Shown here: in pieces, positions 1-64,000 of the stretch
Numbering within the stretch: the stretch's first letter is position 1
Layout: every line of letters starts with the position of its first letter
Assembly (NCBI RefSeq): GCF_009914755.1
Contig: NC_060926.1
From: the human T2T-CHM13v2.0 reference genome, Homo sapiens
Length of the DNA stretch: 64,000 nucleotides
Direction: 5' to 3' (one strand)
Notes under the pieces: model-generated
Database searches by the model: none
Told to the model about the DNA's origin: nothing
The model's input: the letters and a program-made list of their open reading frames with translations, nothing else
Position numbers and translations under genes: made by a program

Positions 1-80
1 GGGAGGCTGAGGTTGGAGGGAGCCAAGATCACACCACTGCACTCCAGCCTGGACAACAGAGCGAGACTCAAAAAAGAAAA
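1..80 (+). mobile_element. Alu 3' end
   Basis: CCACTGCACTCCAGCCTGG plus A-rich tail. Confidence 0.9.
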
Positions 81-1836
81 GAAAAACAGCTCTCAGTCTG
101 AGGAAGGTTATATTGAGAGAAGGAAAGAAGTTGAAAGCATTTTGAAAGAAAAACCTCAGATTGGACATGGGATTGGTTGAGTTAACCAGAAAATATTCCC
201 CCCAAGGAGTTCCTCTCATAAGGGCTTGCTGTACATTAACGCATATACTTTTTACAACAATCCTATAAGGAAGGTACTGTTAGTCTCTCCTGTTTATAGA
301 TTAAACACCCCACATGCATGGCCACTCTCAGCATGAGAAACACAAACATCATGAAGAAAGAGGGCATATTCTCTGCAAAATTTCTGAAGGTTTTTCTTCC
401 ATCTCTGCTGTTCTCTCATTTACTGGCCACTGGATTGGGAATGTCTATTAAAAGGTGGCTGACAACCTCCACCAGCACCTTTTCATGAAGAATTGGAACC
501 TGGCTGTTCATTAGTGGGATTGTATTTGAGCTTGCACATAGTTAATTGAAGAGCTGTTATGATCCTTGTATGGCTGCATCACTTGTGTGTACTTGTTCTG
601 TAACTCCTGCATTCCTAATTTAGTAAAATCAAAGAATAGACACTAAAATCAGGCCGATCTACAATTATACTTAAGGGATCAATAGGCAAGTCAGAATGAT
701 TAATATCTACTGTAGGCTGGGTGCGGTGGCTCACGCCTGTAATCCCAGCACTTTGGGAGGCTGGAGCAGGCGGATCATGAGGTCAGGAGATCGAGACCAT
801 CCTGGCTAACACAGTGAAACCCCGTGTCTACTAAAAATACAAAAAATTAGCCGGGCGTGGTGGCGGGCGCCTGTAGTCCCAGCTACTCAGGAGGCTGAGG
901 CAGGAGAATGGCGTGGACCCGGGAGGCGGAGCTGGCAGTGAGCCAAGATTGTGCCACTGCACTCTAGCCTGGGTGATCAAGCGAGACTCCATCTCAAAAA
1001 AAATAAATAAATAAATAAGTAAATAAATAAACGAATCTACTGTAAAAACTTGGTAGTAAATTTTCACTGGATATTAGACATAAATATCTGAATACAAACA
1101 ATTTTACTAGTCTTGATGTAGTACTGTAAAAATTATCTATAACTTAATTCAGCTAAAAAACTATATTTCAAAAGAATGAATAACACTGATATTAAAATCA
1201 CTACTTTAAAGAGTTTGTTCAAAATAAATATTGTGGCCTTATATTACACTATTGTAGAAAATATTGTTTAATTTAAATGAATGCAGGTTGTCTACTAAAG
1301 ATTACACATAACTATGCTAATTTTTCTTAATAAATAGAAGCCAAGATATAACTACAAACTCAGCTGTATCGTTTATATACGAAACTATTGTTGCTTTTGC
1401 AGTATAAGGTCTTCATCCTCTGATTATTAGGTAACCACCTTGGATGATGAGTCAGCTGCTCAGTATCTTTTTACTCTTCATCACTCTGCATTTGTTAATT
1501 TATTCCTATCCTTTGTCCTCAACTTTTGTGTGCTCTTAAAAATCAGCTTTATTCTAAGCAAATTTGTGTCTACTTTAAAAGACTGGAAATGAAAAAAATC
1601 TTTGCCAAATCCATCAGATTACTGTATTTACATAAGGTTTAACATCAAATGCCATAAAAGCTTCTTGATGAAACCAGGACTGTTCCCCATTTGGACATTT
1701 TTTTCTTTCTACAGCATCCTTGTTAGAAAGGCCGCCCCCTTGATATACTGTATATACGTGACTGTGCATTTGTTTCATCTTTCCGTACTCAATTCGGTTG
1801 TTAAATAAACATTTTAATTTGTTTAAAAAAAAAAAA
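81..1836 (+). pseudogene. BNIP3 processed pseudogene (C-terminal CDS plus 3' UTR and poly-A; any 5' part lies left of the window)
   Basis: Translates to BNIP3-like [88 protein letters not shown]. No introns; a frameshift and an in-frame TAA; AATAAA at 1804-1809 and A-tail at 1825-1836. Confidence 0.9.
715..1031 (+). mobile_element. AluY-like element inserted in the BNIP3 retrocopy 3' UTR
   Basis: Full dimer, GAGACCATCCTGGCTAACAC diagnostic, TSD ATCTACTGTA on both sides. Confidence 0.9.
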
Positions 1837-2249
1837 CAGCAAACACACCCACAACTTTTTCCATTCTGAAAAGATTTTCCTATGTCGAGATAAGAAAAAT
1901 AAAATGTTATGGTAGACTACGGTAAACACCATGATAAAGATACAAAAGGGTGCTATGGAAGCATGAAAAGGAGTTCCATCATTCTCCAGGGCCAAGGAGG
2001 TCTTTGGTTCAGAGTTTTCCTTTCTTCCCTAAATAAAAGGAATCAAAGTACTTATTTTTGTGAACCAGAATTGCAAAGTCTGGCTGTAATCCCTTATTAG
2101 ATGAATGACCCTATATAAGTTACTTAACCTCTCTGAGCTCAATTGCTGGGTTGTAAAATGGAGATTACCTACCCGATACTATCTTTGAAACACTGCCTGG
2201 CAAACAGCATTCAGTTAAGTGTCAATTGCTGCTACTACAGTAACAATAG

Positions 2250-2279
2250 CAGCAGCAGCAGCAGCAGCAGCAACAGCAG
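2250..2279 (+). repeat. (CAG)7 CAA (CAG)2 microsatellite at the end of a MIR fragment (about 2060-2230)
   Basis: Read directly from the sequence. Confidence 0.9.
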
Positions 2280-2761
2280 AAAATCAACTGGTCACCTAAA
2301 TCCTATACCATAACATATTGCTAGTTCAAGTTCAATTTAAACAGACAAAAATATACAAACTCTGATTTACAAAAAAATGAATTTTAGGGAATAATTTTCC
2401 ACTGCACATAAATATCAAACGAGAATTTATTTAAACCAAGAACACAGTCAAAAATACAAAAAGTATGAATTTAGGGAAACAAGGAATGAAAGATGTTACA
2501 GGCAGAGGGAATAAAAAGTTCAAAAATTCACTATTTTAGATTATTTGGGAGACTGACAAATGAAGTATAACAGAGTCAAATGTATGTAATGATAGAGTGT
2601 GAACTTCATCCTAACAATTCTGAAGAATAACTAATGAGCTTGTGGCATGGGGTGAAACCATGCATTGTGTCAATAAGTAAGAGAGATGAGCAGATCCAGA
2701 AAGATTGGAGAACAGGTGACAGAGCACAGCAAAGCATTCTAAACTAAGATGACAAAACAAA

Positions 2762-4031
<1,270 letters not shown>

Positions 4032-4530
4032 GTCTTTCATCTCTGTGAATTATATTAATTGATTATTTTCTTCTTGAGATTCTCCTCCCAGTTTGGGGGT
4101 TACCATTTTATCCTAATTTTCTTTCTTTCCTTGTCTCTCTTCTGTCACTTTGTCCTCTGTACTTTTAGGTTGGCTTAGCTCTTAAGTCTTTTCCAACAAT
4201 TACATTATTTCTCAGGCAGATATTCTGATAGATTCAATCACACAGATAAACCTAAAACTTGGATGGCAATAATCTGATGCCATCGTGTTACCAATCTTGT
4301 TTTCCACTACTGTTCCATGTGAATACACTACTTAAAAATGCAGGCTGGCCTAATCCTAGATTTTTTGCACATTCAAGGACATTTCTATTTCTCTGCATTC
4401 GTTCTTAGTAACTAACTGCATAAGATGCTCTTTTCAATCCGATTTCTATTTGTCTTTCAATATAAAATTAAAATGTTTACTCAACTACTCTGTCCTAAAC
4501 TTGCCATTTTATGGCTCTTAAGAGCCTTTT

Positions 4531-4978
4531 GGCCAGGTGCAGTGGCTTCATGCCTGTAATATCAGCATTTTTGGAGGCTGAGGTGGGCGGATTGTTTGAG
4601 CCCAAGAGTTCAAGACCAACCTGGGGAACATGTGAATCATCAAAGAATAATAATAAAGGGAAAAAATTGTATAATGTTTGGCACGCATTAGTAGAACAAG
4701 TATAGCATTTTTTTTTCTTTTTTGAGATAGGTTCTCAATTTTTTGCCGAGGCTGGAGTGCAATGGCACAATCATGGCTCACTGTAAGCTACCTCCCAGCC
4801 TCAAGTGATCCTCCCGATTCAGCCTCCCGAACAGCTGAGACTGTAAGTGCATGCCACGTCTGGCTAATTTCTAAAACTTTTTTAGCAACAGTGTTTCCCT
4901 ATGTTGCCCTCAAACTCCTGGGCTCAAGTGCACATCCTTGAACTCCCAAAGTGCTGGGATTACAGATGGGACCCACTG
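4531..4978. mobile_element. Alu left-arm fragment (+, 4531-4631) and old AluJ (-, 4708-4978)
   Basis: Alu consensus matches. Confidence 0.8.
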
Positions 4979-5523
4979 TATGTGTAAGGCAATTTTTATT
5001 TGAAGACCACTAAATTATTATTTTCCAAGAAATTCTACTGAAAATGAAAGCTGAGGAAGAATATTTTTGATCAATGTACCAAAATATACACATCCAAAGA
5101 TAACAACAATACACTGGAAGGGAACCAGCTTGAATGTATTATAGTATAAACACTTATTTAACACTCTAACTCAACAGTTACTAACTCCCAAATCTACCTC
5201 TATTCTAGACCTCTCACCAAGCTCTAACTGTAACAGCCAACTGCCTGCAGGACCTTTCTAGCTGGATGCCCCAATGAGAACTCAAATTCAACTTGATTAT
5301 CTCCCTGAAATTTGCTTATTTGTATCTTAGGAATCAGCATTGGGAAAGTTTCTTTATTCTGTGACTCCATGTCTTCACATGTAAAATGGGGATAATAACA
5401 GCATCTATTGCAAAGAAATGCTGTGAGGATTAACTGGATTAAAGTTCTCACAACAGTGCTTGCTAAATAAAAAATACTTTGGAAAGGCTAGCTAGTACAA
5501 AAAGTCCCTAGTTAGCTACTACA

Positions 5524-5907
5524 GAAAATTCCAAAAATAAACAATTCATAAGTGGTGTGGTGTTCTGAGTATCATGATAAAATCTTGTACCATCCTGCTT
5601 AGGATATGAATCATCCCTTTGTCCAGCTTATCTGTGTTGCAGACACTACCCACTTATTGGTCACTTAGTAGCTCTCTTATTACATGGGCTGTCATAGTAT
5701 TGCAATGCTTCTGTTCAAGTAACCCTTATTTGACTTAATAATGGCCCCAAAGGGCAAGAATACTGAGCTTCATTTGTAATTTAAACTTTATCATAGGTAT
5801 GTTATGCACAGCAAAAAGCAGTATATATAGGGTTCAGTACAATCTGAGGTTTCAGACATCTATTGTGGGGTCTTGCAACATTTCCCGAGGATAAGGGGTT
5901 CCACTGT
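5524..5907 (+). mobile_element. MER44-like TcMar-Tigger DNA transposon
   Basis: GAAAATTCCAAAAATAAACAATTCATAAGT, GAATCATCCCTTTGTCCAGC and a terminal GGATAAGGGG..ACTG|TA. Confidence 0.75.
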
Positions 5908-6241
5908 ATTACTTAAGAAAATGTCACAAAAGCTAGACATCTGAGACTCGATACAGATAATGATGAAAATGATCAATGTACTTATCGTCCATGTATCTGC
6001 TCCCCAAAATCTATACTGTTTCAAGTTGAGTGATTACCACTTTCATACAGCTCAGTATATGTCAAAATAAATGGTAATTCACTGAACAACTAGATGAAAA
6101 GTTGCTCCATGAGACTGAGCTCCATGCAGCTGATTTTACCTTCATCATATAATTTCCACCAAAGTTTAATCTTAGTTTACCCTTAGTTTGTCTTTCACTT
6201 CTACGGTGAACATAATAAAAATCACATTTGAAAAAGCATAC

Positions 6242-61790
<55,549 letters not shown>

Positions 61791-62543
61791 CTAAAACATG
61801 ACACAAACAACACATAGAAAGGATACCATTTTAAACCATTTTAATGTTACGCAAATTTTTATCATCTTACAGACTGGAAAAGTCCAAAAGAAGTTCTAAG
61901 TTCATTCCAATGTATTCTACAGCAACAAATTTAAGTTCAGATTCATCATACTGAATCAAACGTAACTGCATAATAACAGCTAAGAGCTCCTAACAAAATA
62001 GTCACCACGAGAAATTACTGAGGAAAAAAAAAATCTCCTTAAGGCCAGTTTATTATTTTTTTAATAAAGAGAGTAGAAATATTAATAGGAGAGATAGGAG
62101 GAATTAAAAAAAAAAAACTAATCCAGCAAATGAAATAGCAAGCTGTGATTCCTGCATTCAGAAGGAAAAAAGATATTAAGAAAAAATTTTCAGGGACAGA
62201 AACATTCTGGTAAATATATACTAACGAGCCTAATAGAATTTGAGAGTCAATTCATGGCTGTTAAAATTATAAAGTGAATTACAAAGACTTGTATTTCAAA
62301 GGAAACAGGCACCTAGCATGATAATCACTAAACACGTGTCAATTTTCTAATTTTCAGATGTGGAAGACAGGATCCAAGGTACCTGAGTTTAAAAAAAAAA
62401 AAAAAAGTCTAAAACTAATCAGCAAATTTGGAATAGAAGGATAAAAAGTGAGGGAATGAATGAACTTGTCTAATTTCCACATGATCCAATGTATGAGCAA
62501 AAGAGTAACCTTAAAACAATGTTTCCTGTTACATATTCAAGAC

Positions 62544-62772
62544 CAGAGTTTCTCCACAGTGGCACTACTGACATTTTAAGCCCAATTAATAATTTGTTGT
62601 TATCAGAAGGCAGAAGAATAGGGGTGAAGGAGGCTGTATCTCATGCTCTGATGTTCAGCAGCATCTCACCAGATACCAATAACATGCTCTCTTGCTGTGA
62701 TTATCAGAAGTGTCTCCAGGGATTACGTACTATGTCTTGGGAAACAAAAACACTTCTGGCTGAGAACCACTG
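62544..62772 (+). mobile_element. MER20 (hAT-Charlie)
   Basis: GGCACTACTGACATTTT...TGAGAACCACTG end. Confidence 0.7.
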
Positions 62773-64000
62773 TTTAAGATTATAACTTTATCTCTTTTTA
62801 AAAAGTAAACAAATTAAGACATTATTGTTTATTCCCTTAATACACAGAACACAAAGAACAATTATATTTTCAATCTACAGATGTTAGGCAATTTTCAATT
62901 AATAATAGCACTAAGCACATCAAGAACAAAATTTTGCATGAAAAATACCTAAGTAAATTTTTTTTAAACTACTGCTTAGTTTTGTGACTCTTCAATTTTA
63001 TCCATATCCTAGTTATTGTACTAGTAACAAAAAATTTTTATATAAACTATTTAACATCAACATTAACTTTTAGCATAAAACATGAACAAATAAAAAGATA
63101 TCAAGGACATAACAATTTTTTTTTTCACAACAGAAAAAAATTTGTACATCTGAGAAGGAATTTTTGGACTTAAATTCATTAAATTTATAAAACCACCACT
63201 GAATGCTCAAAAAACAAATACATTTTTAAAGACTTAAAATAAGCACTTATTTTAGACATTGGTAATGCTGTGCAAGGACTAAGGGTGTGAATCAACAGGA
63301 CCTTGTTGGTTTGTTGAAGATCCCACAGCATAGAAAAAATTTTAGAAGTATGGGTATCATTAACAGTATCTCCACGAGGAAGACAGAAATTATAGCAGAC
63401 TTTCATTTTCTACATCACAGTGTAATATCTGAATTTTATAATACGTATTAATTAATTTGAATAAGTTACACCACATTTGCTCTTTTTAAAATTTTATTTT
63501 TTTAAGTGGTTAAAGTTATAAGGCAGTAAGAAGTTTCTGTGTAAAAAAATGAGTTCCTTTCCACATTCATTAAAAACACAAGGAATTCTTTAAGCAGAAT
63601 TTCCATGAATTGCAATCTTAAAGAATTCTGTAATGTCCAAATGTTTCAAATCATGGAAGCATGTTATTTATAAGGAATGTATAAAATATCTTTACTATGC
63701 AATCTTTCTTGATATTTTAAAAATGTCAATAAATATCACTTGTATCACTTCAATATCAAACTAAGATCTGAAGTTGAAAAAAGTTACTAACTTTAACAAT
63801 TTTTTTCAACACAGTTCTTAGTACTTTTACATTTGCTCATAATTTTTAACAAATAGAATTTCTTAAAACTATCTACTCACCTTTCATTTCAGTCGATATA
63901 TTCATAAATATTAATTTGCTTTATTTCTGTATTACACAGGTTATGTCTAAATTAATTATACAGATATTCATTAACAGAATTTTTTGGTCATGTTTCCATG

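Noticed and set aside
63875-63883. Consensus donor AAG|GTGAGT on the USP34 strand
   Set aside because: No good upstream acceptor or pyrimidine tract, and the upstream sequence does not read as USP34 coding; probably a decoy.

Overview
Human (primate) genomic DNA, Alu/L1-rich. The window is an internal segment of USP34 (ubiquitin-specific peptidase 34) on the minus strand. I traced 23 consecutive GT-AG coding exons (61790 down to 6242; 2679 nt, frame continuous across every junction), running from the pre-catalytic region into the USP domain (Cys box GLTNLGATCY, QKDMTEF, YTCSHC). Neither end of the gene is in the window. The last intron holds a BNIP3 processed pseudogene on the + strand. The introns contain about 45 Alus, L1/L2/MIR fragments, MaLR/ERVL solo LTRs and MER/Tigger DNA transposons. 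Most ORFs in the supplied track are Alu/L1 artefacts. I found no new gene system. The most notable unexplained structure is a set of short locally templated copies: an inverted 91-bp copy with its donor 2.4 kb away, a perfect 60-bp copy, a 53-bp copy flanking an exon, and an 84-bp MIR-like piece cleanly inserted in the BNIP3 retrocopy. Also notable are a twin-primed L1 with an apparent 3' transduction, two NAGNAG acceptors and a candidate poison exon. Repeat subfamily names and boundaries are from recalled consensus sequences and are approximate.
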